DNA of 64,000 bases from Chrysomallon squamiferum (Eukaryota; Animalia; Mollusca): the NCBI GenBank assembly GCA_012295275.1, contig CM022670.1, positions 37,882,001 through 37,946,000 of the forward strand, written 5' to 3'. Each line of letters opens with the position of its first letter. Position 1 is the stretch's first letter. The position numbers and the translations under genes were made by a program. The notes below the pieces were generated by a model. The model did no database searches and was not told the DNA's origin. It saw only the letters and a program-made list of their open reading frames with translations. Shown piece by piece: positions 1 through 11,637 of this stretch.

Positions 1-465
1 GACTTTCTCCCATTCACTGTAACAGCTGACGTCGTGTTTATTACGAATGAAAAGTTGTCAGGGTGTGCTATACAGGCATGAATTGAAAGGTCAAAAGGCT
101 TACTAAACGCTGGTAATCTACACACGTACAAAAATATTTCGTTATTTTTATTATTTATTTCCTCTTTGAAAACATTTCATGATGAAAAAGTAAATGCTTG
201 CCTTTGATACAGTGACACTGTTATTTTTACTTTCGACCATCAGCAACGCACAGTGGTCATAATTATTATTTTATCACAGTCCGACTGCTTATAGTTTTCG
301 ATTTATAAATTTATTTCTGAATTGCATATAAAACTGCTTTCGTCGTCCGTCCGTCGAATGATGCAATTATGTATTGAGAAACCGACATCTGTAATTCACT
401 GAAATAGAACCTTTACATAGGTTTATACGGTGACCTGTTAAGGGATTTCGATGATGCTTCCATAG

Positions 466-537
466 TCCTCGGTAGTATAGTGGTGAGTATCCCCGCCTGT
501 CACGCGGGAGACCGGGGTTCAATTCCCCGCCGGGGAG
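466..537 (+). tRNA. trnD-GTC: tRNA-Asp(GTC), copy 1
   Basis: TCCTCGG/CCGGGGA acceptor stem with discriminator G; A-box TAGTATAGTGG; anticodon arm CCCGC-CT-GTC-AC-GCGGG (GTC at 499-501); T arm CGGGG-TTCAATT-CCCCG; TTTT Pol III terminator at 544-547. Confidence 0.97.
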
Positions 538-1544
538 ACAATATTTTATTTATTTATTTCGTTTCTGTTTTCGCTGACTTCATCATATCAGTGTAATATG
601 AAACCTACCTAATGACGTACGTTTCACTGACTGACTTTTATTTGTGTCCCTCAAACTTGTGTGTCGGCTGAAACTAAATTTGAAAATGTTATGAATAACT
701 CTTTCGTTCTGGTTAGAGATTTAATGAAGAATCTCAAAAATGCATGGGAAATGGGCCACCTCGAGTTTTCAGTATAACGAAATGGTGCTAGAAGACACCT
801 GAGCACGTCATTTTGACACACAGATTTGCTACGAAAAGAAAAACACAAATTTCTTTTCGAATTTGACCTCAAAGACGAGCATAAAATAAACGATCAGTAT
901 ATCTGTACTTTCAAGGTTGAATTCTACATTGGGTTTGCTCTCAAAGACGCTCTGAAAAGATAAAATTGATGGGCAGTTTTTCAATATGACTTTACTGGCA
1001 TCCCCTCAGTAGAATATTTAACATTTCTTCACTTCCTACGACTATTGCTGTTCATCGTTTCTCTTGTCATTGTTCGAGTTGACTTTCTCCCATTCACTGT
1101 AACAGCTGACGTCGTGTTTATTACGAATGAAAAGTTGTCAGGGTGTGCTATACAGGCATGAATTGAAGGTCAAAAGGCTTACTAAACGCTGGTAATCTAC
1201 ACACGTACAAAAATATTTCGTTATTTTTATTATTTATTTCCTCTTTGAAAACATTTCATGATGAAAAAGTAAATGCTTGCCTTTGATACAGTGACACTGT
1301 TATTTTTACTTTCGACCATCAGCAACGCACAGTGGTCATAATTATTATTTTATCACAGTCCGACTGCTTATAGTTTTCGATTTATAAATTTATTTCTGAA
1401 TTGCATATAAAACTGCTTTCGTCGTCCGTCCGTCGAATGATGCAATTATGTATTGAGAAACCGACATCTGTAATTCACTGAAATAGAACCTTTACATAGG
1501 TTTATACGGTGACCTGTTAAGGGATTTCGATGATGCTTCCATAG

Positions 1545-1616
1545 TCCTCGGTAGTATAGTGGTGAGTATCCCCGCCTGTCACGCGGGAGACCGGGGTTCA
1601 ATTCCCCGCCGGGGAG
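1545..1616 (+). tRNA. trnD-GTC: tRNA-Asp(GTC), copy 2
   Basis: Identical to 466-537. Confidence 0.97.
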
Positions 1617-2623
1617 ACAATATTTTATTTATTTATTTCGTTTCTGTTTTCGCTGACTTCATCATATCAGTGTAATATGAAACCTACCTAATGACGTACG
1701 TTTCACTGACTGACTTTTATTTGTGTCCCTCAAACTTGTGTGTCGGCTGAAACTAAATTTGAAAATGTTATGAATAACTCTTTCGTTCTGGTTAGAGATT
1801 TAATGAAGAATCTCAAAAATGCATGGGAAATGGGCCACCTCGAGTTTTCAGTATAACGAAATGGTGCTAGAAGACACCTGAGCACGTCATTTTGACACAT
1901 AGATTTGCTACGAAAAGAAAAACACAAATTTCTTTTCGAATTTGACCTCAAAGACGAGCATAAAATAAACGATCAGTATATCTGTACTTTCAAGGTTGAA
2001 TTCTACATTGGGTTTGCTCTCAAAGACGCTCTGAAAAGATAAAATTGATGGGCAGTTTTTCAATATGACTTTACTGGCATCCCCTCAGTAGAATATTTAA
2101 CATTTCTTCACTTCCTACGACTATTGCTGTTCATCGTTTCTCTTGTCATTGTTCGAGTTGACTTTCTCCCATTCACTGTAACAGCTGACGTCGTGTTTAT
2201 TACGAATGAAAAGTTGTCAGGGTGTGCTATACAGGCATGAATTGAAGGTCAAAAGGCTTACTAAACGCTGGTAATCTACACACGTACAAAAATATTTCGT
2301 TATTTTTATTATTTATTTCCTCTTTGAAAACATTTCATGATGAAAAAGTAAATGCTTGCCTTTGATACAGTGACACTGTTATTTTTACTTTCGACCATCA
2401 GCAACGCACAGTGGTCATAATTATTATTTTATCACAGTCCGACTGCTTATAGTTTTCGATTTATAAATTTATTTCTGAATTGCATATAAAACTGCTTTCG
2501 TCGTCCGTCCGTCGAATGATGCAATTATGTATTGAGAAACCGACATCTGTAATTCACTGAAATAGAACCTTTACATAGGTTTATACGGTGACCTGTTAAG
2601 GGATTTCGATGATGCTTCCATAG

Positions 2624-2695
2624 TCCTCGGTAGTATAGTGGTGAGTATCCCCGCCTGTCACGCGGGAGACCGGGGTTCAATTCCCCGCCGGGGAG
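2624..2695 (+). tRNA. trnD-GTC: tRNA-Asp(GTC), copy 3
   Basis: Identical to 466-537. Confidence 0.97.
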
Positions 2696-3704
2696 ACAAT
2701 ATTTTATTTATTTATTTCGTTTCTGTTTTCGCTGACTTCATCATATCAGTGTAATATGAAACCTACCTAATGACGTACGTTTCACTGACTGACTTTTATT
2801 TGTGTCCCTCAAACTTGTGTGTCGGCTGAAACTAAATTTGAAAATGTTATGAATAACTCTTTCGTTCTGGTTAGAGATTTAATGAAGAATCTCAAAAATG
2901 CATGGGAAATGGGCCACCTCGAGTTTTCAGTATAACGAAATGGTGCTAGAAGACACCTGAGCACGTCATTTTGACACACAGATTTGCTACGAAAAGAAAA
3001 ACACAAATTTCTTTTCGAATTTGACCTCAAAGACGAGCATAAAATAAACGATCAGTATATCTGTACTTTCAAGGTTGAATTCTACATTGGGTTTGCTCTC
3101 AAAGACGCTCTGAAAAGATAAAATTGATGGGCAGTTTTTCAATATGACTTTACTGGCATCCCCTCAGTAGAATATTTAACATTTCTTCACTTCCTACGAC
3201 TATTGCTGTTCATCGTTTCTCTTGTCATTGTTCGAGTTGACTTTCTCCCATTCACTGTAACAGCTGACGTCGTGTTTATTACGAATGAAAAGTTGTCAGG
3301 GTGTGCTATACAGGCATGAATCGAAGGTCAAAAGGCTTACTAAACGCTGGTAATCTACACACGTACAAAAATATTTCGTTATTTTTATTATTTATTTCCT
3401 CTTTGAAAACATTTCATGATGAAAAAGTAAATGCTTGCCTTTGATACAGTGACACTGTTATTTTTACTTTCGACCATCAGCAACGCACAGTGGTCATAAT
3501 TATTATTTTTTATCACAGTCCGACTGCTTATAGTTTTCGATTTATAAATTTATTTCTGAATTGCATATAAAACTGCTTTCGTCGTCCGTCCGTCGAATGA
3601 TGCAATTATGTATTGAGAAACCGACATCTGTAATTCACTGAAATAGAACCTTTACATAGGTTTATACGGTGACCTGTTAAGGGATTTCGATGATGCTTCC
3701 ATAG

Positions 3705-3776
3705 TCCTCGGTAGTATAGTGGTGAGTATCCCCGCCTGTCACGCGGGAGACCGGGGTTCAATTCCCCGCCGGGGAG
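3705..3776 (+). tRNA. trnD-GTC: tRNA-Asp(GTC), copy 4
   Basis: Identical to 466-537. Confidence 0.97.
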
Positions 3777-5020
3777 ACAATATTTTATTTATTTATTTCG
3801 TTTCTGTTTTCGCTGACTTCATCATATCAGTGTAATATGAAACCTACCTAATGACGTACGTTTCACTGACTGACTTTTATTTGTGTCCCTCAAACTTGTG
3901 TGTCGGCTGAAACTAAATTTGAAAATGTTATGAATAACTCTTTCGTTCTGGTTAGAGATTTAATGAAGAATCTCAAAAATGCATGGGAAATGGGCCACCT
4001 CGAGTTTTCAGTTATATAACGAAATGGTGCTAGAAGACACCTGAGCACGTCATTTTGACACACAGATTTGCTACGAAAAAAAAAACACAAATTTCTTTTC
4101 GAATTTGACCTCAAAGACGAGCATAAAATAAACGATCAGTATATCTGTACTTTCAAGGTTGAATTCTACATTGGGTTTGCTCTCAAAGACGCTCTGAAAA
4201 GATAAAATTGATGGGCAGTTTTTCAATATGACTTTACTGGCATCCCCTCAGTAGAATATTTAACATTTCTTCACTTCCTACGACTATTGCTGTTCATCGT
4301 TTCTCTTGTCATTGTTCGAGTTGACTTTCTCCCATTCACTGTAACAGCTGACGTCGTGTTTATTACAAATGAAAAGTTGTCAGGGTGTGCTATACAGGCA
4401 TGAATTGAAGGTCAAAAGGCTTACTAAACGCTGGTAATCTACACACGTACAAAAATATTTCGTTATTTTTATTATTTATTTCCTCTTTGAAAACATTTCA
4501 TGATGAAAAGTAAATGCTTGCCTTTGATACAGTGACACTGTTATTTTTACTTTCGACCATCAGCAACGCACAGTGGTCATAATTATTATTTTATCACAGT
4601 CCGACTGCTTATAGTTTTCGATTTATAAATTTATTTCTGAATTGCATATAAAACTGCTTTCGTCGTCCGTCCGTCGAATGATGCAATTATGTATTGAGAA
4701 ACCGACATGTTTTTATTTTTTTTTTTCATTATATATACAATACAGCGAATAATGATTGATATACTGCTATGATATATTATCTATTGTTGATATAAGAAAT
4801 AAACAGATTGATAGAAAGATATGTAGACAGATACTAGGATATTTATATATAGGTGGGTAAATATATTTTGGTATGGTTAAATAGATATAGATATATAAAT
4901 TGATGGACAGATAGACATCCAGACAGACAGCCAGACGTTTAGACAGACAGACAGATATGTCGTTTTGTATTAATGAACTTTTGCCAAAAATCCGGAATGT
5001 GTTTTGTTTTTATGTTAAAA

Positions 5021-5094
5021 GTTTGCTTGGTGTAGTTATAACGTTCTGCCGACATGGTTTATTTATTTTATAATCAGAAAAGGAAACCGTGGCA
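5021..5094 (+). pseudogene. Possible heavily decayed tRNA-Val relic
   Basis: GTTTGCTTGGTGTAG-TTATAACGTTCTGCC-GACATG...CAGAAAAGG resembles the 5' two-thirds of animal tRNA-Val (recalled consensus GTTTCCGTGGTGTAGCGGTTATCACATCTGCCTAACACGCAGAAGG). It has an AT-rich insertion and no B-box. By-eye alignment only. Confidence 0.3.
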
Positions 5095-7639
5095 GCTGAA
5101 TAAACAAATTTCTGTTTGAAATAAAAACAAAAGCAAACGCAAACAGTTAATCGAGACTCAGTTAGCTGATGAAATAACACTGACGTGAAAATCGGATTAC
5201 GAACGTGAACGGAATGTCTTCAGAATAGAAAGGTAGAATTACTGAAGTGTAATGTGGCATAATTGCTTTGAGGAAGGCAACACTGTTACAGTTTTTTTTT
5301 TTTCGTGCAGCAGTTTAAATGAAAATATATCTTTCTTTCTTTCTTTAATTTAATTTCTTTTTTTGTTCTTCTTTTTTTTTCCCGCACTGTTTTCAGGCTT
5401 CGCTTCACGTTTTGTCACCCATATAAGGAGACAGTTTGTTACACTTTTGTTTAAATTCTTGAATATCAAAATCTGACTCGATCAAGATTTTCTGTGTTTA
5501 CGTCTATTGATAACCAGTGAGAACATTTGTGAACGTTTCTTTTGAGTTACGCCTACACGTCTCCCTTAAAAAGAACTCAGAACAAAACGAAAGAAAAAAA
5601 ATATATTAAAGGTAAACAAAACAAATTAAAAAGAAAAAGAAAAAAGAAAAGATTTGCCACAAACAAACAGTTAATCAAATTTTACGTTCTAATAAATCAA
5701 ACCAGTTTATTAGTACTGTCTTTTCCATATGTTATAAATAGCGGATATACTATAGCAATAAAAGCTATACTTTTGAGAACGTAAATTTAGTGCTTGTTTA
5801 ATTAATTATAACCGTGAAATAGTTGTCAGCTATAAAAAGTGTGTAACAGATGATTCGATCTTATAGTTCTAAATCAATGTTTTTATTTCAATAATATTAA
5901 TGAATTTTTTTCTTTTACTGTTGCATCACAACACATTCCTTGGTGTTAAAGTCAAATATAAATAAATAATACGTAAAATATACTGAATATCTTAAACAGT
6001 ATACTGAAAAAGGTATATTCTCTATGTTTTAAAAATACAGTTTTACGTATTCTAGTCCTGATAATGAGCAGTATTCGTTTTCGTTCCGACGTTGTAATTA
6101 TTAAAAATGAAATTCAATGCTGTACTTAATTTAACTGTAACAACCACCTAGCGTATATTTATTATTAATATTTCTTTTTTTCTTCTTCTAATTATTTATT
6201 TGAATTTTTCAAATGAATCAGTTATATTGACCAGTCGGACACTTTTAATAGTGTAAAATGCGGAAGAGTTTTGTTTAAAAAAAAAAAATGTCTTCTTCTT
6301 TAAATGATGGTATGATTGTCTAAAGGGTTAACTATGATGTGATTATATAAGTGTTGAACTCCTCTTCTGTTCAACTGAGATATCGCATTCTCAGAAGCTT
6401 TTAATGATGTTTTACAGTTCTAAGTTTCATTATTTATGACTATTGATCTTTCAAGACTCATTTCGTTGTGACTTTAATATTTGTTTGTTGCACGAAGTTA
6501 GGAAAAACTATTTTCTTTCATTTTCCTTTGTTTTAAAAATCTTTTTATTAATAAATTAACAGTTATATATTTTAGTGTTCTTTTAAAATTACTTTTTAAA
6601 AGCTAAATACACCGAAAACATAGCACCTACGTCCATACACACACTTACACAGATACACTTTCAGACAGCTACACACTTTAATAAAAACAAAATTAATGTT
6701 GCATATTTCCAACTTGGCCTGTACAGTTTGAAAGGCAAAATTTCGATTCATACGTGCACACTCAAAAAGTGCCAAATCGCTGACATTTTATTTCAGTTGT
6801 TTGCATAATAATGAAAGAAATAATTTTAAAACTGAGATAACACATGTTAATATTTTTGAGTAAATAAACAAATTAAATAATCAAATGCAGTTTACATTTA
6901 CCGGTGAGATTAATAGGAATTGTAAATAAATGAGATGCATTCTTTCTTCGGGGGTCAACGTGCTGGGGGGGGGGGGTGTCGTTAAACATTCGTTCATTCA
7001 TTCATTCATTCTGTCTTTCTTTCCTCGGTTTGGAGATCGATCGATGTGAGTCCATGTTCTGCATGTTGGTCACCAAAATCATAAATATCTGGAGTTATTT
7101 CCCTTCTCACTAAATAAATATATACGCATGTATATAAAAGTCCAAACAGATCTAATCTACAGAGACCGTTAAATATCGGGACAACGCCAACAATAACAAC
7201 ACCACCATCACCACCACCACCAACAAAACATATATATAGCTTAAGAGAAAAGCGGTTAGCCATTTTTCACTGTTTTCTATAACACGATTTTACTTAATTT
7301 TTTTTCAAACATCATAGACACTGGCAATCATAGCTTGGAAAATTTATTTAAAAAAAAAAAAAAATAGATATTCAGTGACAGCTACACAGATAATTGTTTT
7401 CCATAATACGTTACAATTTTTAAATTTAAATTTTTTTTTGTTTTTTAATAATGATAAATGAGAGGAAGTTCGTAGATATCATCTTATTGACAGCTGTTAT
7501 CGATAGGCATGTTGTCCGTGCTCCATTATATCTCTGAAGCTTTTAGAAGTGTGTTATGTATCTCAGTTTTATTCCATAATCAGTTTTGTTAATGCAGCTC
7601 GCTTCTTTTTTCATTAACAAAATTTAAAAACAAAAAAAC

Positions 7640-7723
7640 CGCTGTGAACAGGTTCGCGCCCAGACTTTGGTATATGCCGTTAGATTTCTATTCCAACGCC
7701 TGTACCACTAGGGTAATCACACC
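7640..7723 (-). pseudogene. Degenerate tRNA-Ser copy (anticodon position reads AGA)
   Basis: Reverse complement GGTGTGATTACCCTAGTGGTACAGGCGTTGGAATAGAAATCTAACGGCATATACCAAAGTCTGGGCGCGAACCTGTTCACAGCG aligns with the intact tRNA-Ser at 8675-8756. The T-loop/B-box (GGTTC) is destroyed. Confidence 0.8.
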
Positions 7724-7897
7724 GTCATACGTGTACAAACACATTTAATAGTTTACACGATTTATATTAATTTTTAAAAAAGGAAAGATTTTTTTTTATC
7801 GGAATAACATTTTGAAACTTATTATTTATTTATTTATTAATTTATTTTTTATTTATATTTTTATTTATTTATTTATTTATTTATTTATTTTATTTTA

Positions 7898-8089
<192 letters not shown>

Positions 8090-8178
8090 AAATTAATTAG
8101 AAATTTTTAACTGCATCAGTTTAGAAGAAAAAACCCCAGAAAAAAAACCCTTCATCAAATAAATAATGAAAAAACTTT

Positions 8179-8260
8179 CGCTATGAGCAGATCTTGAACC
8201 TACACTGAAAAGTCTCAGTGCATTTTTAGTGCAACATATTAACCACTCGGTCATCATTAC
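8179..8260 (-). pseudogene. Degenerate tRNA-Ser copy (anticodon position reads AAA)
   Basis: Reverse complement GTAATGATGACCGAGTGGTTAATATGTTGCACTAAAAATGCACTGAGACTTTTCAGTGTAGGTTCAAGATCTGCTCATAGCG aligns without gaps to the intact tRNA-Ser (59/82 identical by manual count). The D stem is broken and C61 is changed to T. Confidence 0.85.
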
Positions 8261-8674
8261 TGAATCTTATGTTCTCACGACTTTTTATTTTATTTTTTAT
8301 TTTAAAAAATATTTTTATGCCATATTTTTCAAAACATTTAATACAATTTAACGTTAAGTGATTATATATATTATTAAGCAAATACTTATTAATTTATTTA
8401 TAATAACAATAATAATGATGATGATGATGATGATCATCATCATCATCATCACTTCTTGGCTATCACAGTCCTTAATAAATCATGTGTCTTATTAGTAGGA
8501 AAATACCCAATAAAAATCACCATAAAAAAAAAAAATATATATATATATAAAAGGCTACATTTTTAGTCGAAACTCTGTAGCAAATAAATGTATTTAGTAC
8601 AAAAGTGGTTAATATTTAGTGATAAAGACAGTGAAGAGAGGAGAGAAAAAAAAAAAAAAAAAAAAAAATTATAC

Positions 8675-8756
8675 CGCTGTGAGTAGGATTTGAACCTACG
8701 CGGGAATATCCCATTGGATTTCGAGTCCAACGCCTTAACCACTCGGCCATCACAGC
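8675..8756 (-). tRNA. trnS-CGA: tRNA-Ser(CGA)
   Basis: Reverse complement GCTGTGATGGCCGAGTGGTTAAGGCGTTGGACTCGAAATCCAATGGGATATTCCCGCGTAGGTTCAAATCCTACTCACAGCG. Full 82-nt cloverleaf with long variable arm GGGA-TAT-TCCC, anticodon CGA, intact A and B boxes, and a poly-T terminator (plus-strand A run 8646-8668). Confidence 0.97.
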
Positions 8757-8887
8757 TTGCGTTAATAGTTCGCTTTACAGGATTATGATCATAATATGGT
8801 AGCTTTTCTTTAAACTATTTCATTACAAAATGTTTAAGAATGAAGAAAGCAAAAGAAAAAAATATATAAATATATAAAACAACAAAA

Positions 8888-8919
<32 letters not shown>

Positions 8920-9337
8920 TCCAAGAATTTATAAATAGTAATAAATATATATATTATGTATATAAGAGGATTCGTGAAATAAATTTATAAGAAATGAAAT
9001 CTATTTGCTGTCGGACTGAAATTAAATATTATTTACCTGTATGCGTTGTTGATAATTTTCGTGATTGGTGTGAAAATAAAAATAACAATGTCAAGGATAA
9101 AATAAGTATTTTCCCGGGCGCGAAATCGAATAATCAGTTGTGACATTTATATTTTGCTAATAATTATTTGAGCGGTTTTTCATTATGTTTATTGATTAAT
9201 TAAGTGTGCGTGTATGTATGTTTTCTTGGGTCTGTAAATGTTCGTTTACGTGTGTGTGTGTGGATGGGTATGGATATTTGTATGTGTGTGTGTGTTTCTG
9301 TGTTCGTGTTTTACTATGTGTAATTATGCTTGTTTAT

Positions 9338-9419
<82 letters not shown>

Positions 9420-10593
9420 TTTTTGCAGCTATTTTAATCTGTGTTCATAATAAATTTTCCATAAACAAAAATTACAAAACAAAAAAAACGAATAAATAGA
9501 AAAATAGATACAATTTAAAATTTAAAAAAAACAAAAAAAAAAAAAATACACCATATTAAAGCCAGTGATACAAACAATCTAACGTGCACTGAGCTATTCT
9601 ATTGTACAAAACAAATTATCTTTTCTATTCCAGAAATACACACGAACCTTCATTTAATGACGAACGAACTGAGAAGCAAACAGTTTTGTTCGGTCTTTCC
9701 ATAACCATTCACGGACGTCATAATGTTCTCGGAATGACTTTTACATCAGGTTATATTGGTATCCAAATTACCTGTACGTATTTTACGAGACCGGAATAAA
9801 ACATGCGGGTTTTATTTGGTCTTGTTTTTTTTATTTCTATAAAAAGACATTAAATCAGACGCTACTGTTGTCCGAATTGTAAAGTAGTTGCTGATTTCTA
9901 ATTTGAGCTGATAAAAAAAATGGACGAAAGCTTGTAAAGAAATAAAGGGAGGTAATTGTAGGTCGCTAAGATTAAAGTAAATTACTGCAATTGTATGACA
10001 GTCATCACGTTCTAGCGGAGTCAGTTACTTATTTATTGTTACGCTGTTCATCGAACAGAATAAAAGAAGATTAAAAAAAAAGAGAGTAATACCGGTCCAT
10101 TCTTACTTGTTTATTTTACACCGTGCTATTTTTGTTCGTCTGATTTTAAGCTATTTTAAAATTTTCTAAAAAATGCTTAAAATATAATGATAATAACAAC
10201 CATATAAGAAACTGGAAATTTAACCTCCTTGCGAGCGAATTGAGATGTATTTAAAATAGCATATCCAGTGTAAAACAATGGAAGTATGATTTTCAGGTCC
10301 AAACAGAAAAGAGGTACCATAAACTCACAGAATGGGACAAAACCGAAATAATTCGAAATTTAATAGGACGTACGTACTTTTTTTTTTTTTTTCTAGCTCT
10401 TCTCCGGACATATATTTTGTCATTAAAACGTTTTACCTTTGATGCCTTTGTTTATGATTACCGATATATTTTATCTGTAGTAGTAACAATGTGGAAAGAT
10501 ATTTGTTCCCCTAACTGTAAATTCTAAGAAGAGACTTTAACATTGGCTGATAGGCGACCACGAAGAAGAAGAAGAATTAAATTAATAAATAAG

Positions 10594-10638
<45 letters not shown>

Positions 10639-10923
10639 CACTCACTCACTCACTCATTCAATAAATAAATAAACAAATAAATAAATAAATACTTTTAATA
10701 TAATATATACATAATAATATTAAAGATATAACACAGGAACAACACGGTTTTAAATAGAGATGTTTAATCATTTAAATGAATGATGTTTATAATGAATGTT
10801 TCATTTCCCCGACAAACACATACGAGCATTTGTACATTAAAATAACAACAACACTGTAACAACTTATAACTGTCATAACATGTAACAGTCAAATTCAATA
10901 TATTAAAAATAAATTAATAAATA

Positions 10924-10939
10924 TGCAGGTTAAATTTTT

Positions 10940-11003
<64 letters not shown>

Positions 11004-11011
11004 CAACAACA

Positions 11012-11059
<48 letters not shown>

Positions 11060-11085
11060 GTTATTATTAAAATGTTCAACCTGCA
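10924..11085. repeat. Palindromic element: (AAT)n arm facing (ATT)n arm, closed by unique inverted ends
   Basis: tgcaggtt (10924-10931) and aacctgca (11078-11085) are exact reverse complements and enclose (AAT)n-(AAC)n-(ATT)n. Confidence 0.75.
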
Positions 11086-11244
11086 AGGTAAATTACTATT
11101 CCTTATTATTCATCTGGTGCAATGAAAAATATAGTTTTAATATTTAATTATGATATAGCTTACGCTATTTGGATACTGAACGATAACAAAAAGTTAGACA
11201 TTCTCTCTCTCGCTCTCTCTCTGAAGAAAAAATGAGAGAATGAG

Positions 11245-11247
<3 letters not shown>

Positions 11248-11338
<91 letters not shown>
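11248..11338. repeat. (GA)n microsatellite
   Basis: Read directly. Similar GA/CT tracts at 9341-9417, 14026-14121, 24851-24938, 29659-29771, 30597-30668, 42828-42897, 44747-44822, 51944-52060 and 54767-54872. Confidence 0.97.
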
Positions 11339-11341
<3 letters not shown>

Positions 11342-11495
11342 GTGCTAGACCATTAACATTATGGCAAAAGAGGTATGTGCTTGATTAAAATCCATATAAA
11401 AAGGGTGTTTTGGTTATTTTGCAAAAACATATCTAAAAAATATTTTAAAGATTAAAGATAATATTTCTGAGATTGTCAATAACAATTAAACAAAA

Positions 11496-11530
<35 letters not shown>

Positions 11531-11603
11531 GACAAAAAAAAAGGAAGAAAGAACAAGAACAAAACAAAACAAAAGATCCGAAAATACAAAAAATGTCAAT
11601 GAC

Positions 11604-11637
<34 letters not shown>

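Larger units (their letters stand above)
1..4708 (+). repeat. Tandem array of ~1079-1084 bp units, each carrying tRNA-Asp(GTC); about 4.4 units visible, array runs off the left edge of the window
   Basis: The motif gactttctccc recurs at 1, 1081, 2160, 3239 and 4323, and units differ by only a few substitutions and small indels. The last unit breaks off after ...gagaaaccgacat at 4708 into T-rich unique sequence. Confidence 0.98.

Noticed and set aside
651-4114. Repeated 73-74 aa minus-strand ORF in each tRNA-array unit
   Set aside because: It starts at TTG, has no recognisable domain and recurs only because the unit is repeated. The single frame-preserving 3-nt insertion in copy 4 is too little evidence for coding selection.
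6950-6976. G5 plus G12 run as a possible G-quadruplex
   Set aside because: An isolated homopolymer with no supporting context; run length is also error-prone in assemblies.
9110-9176. ttcccgggcgcgaaatcgaa...gtgaca resembles the reverse complement of a tRNA-Asp 3' end
   Set aside because: Only ~20 nt of loose similarity, wrong spacing to the anticodon and no recoverable stems.
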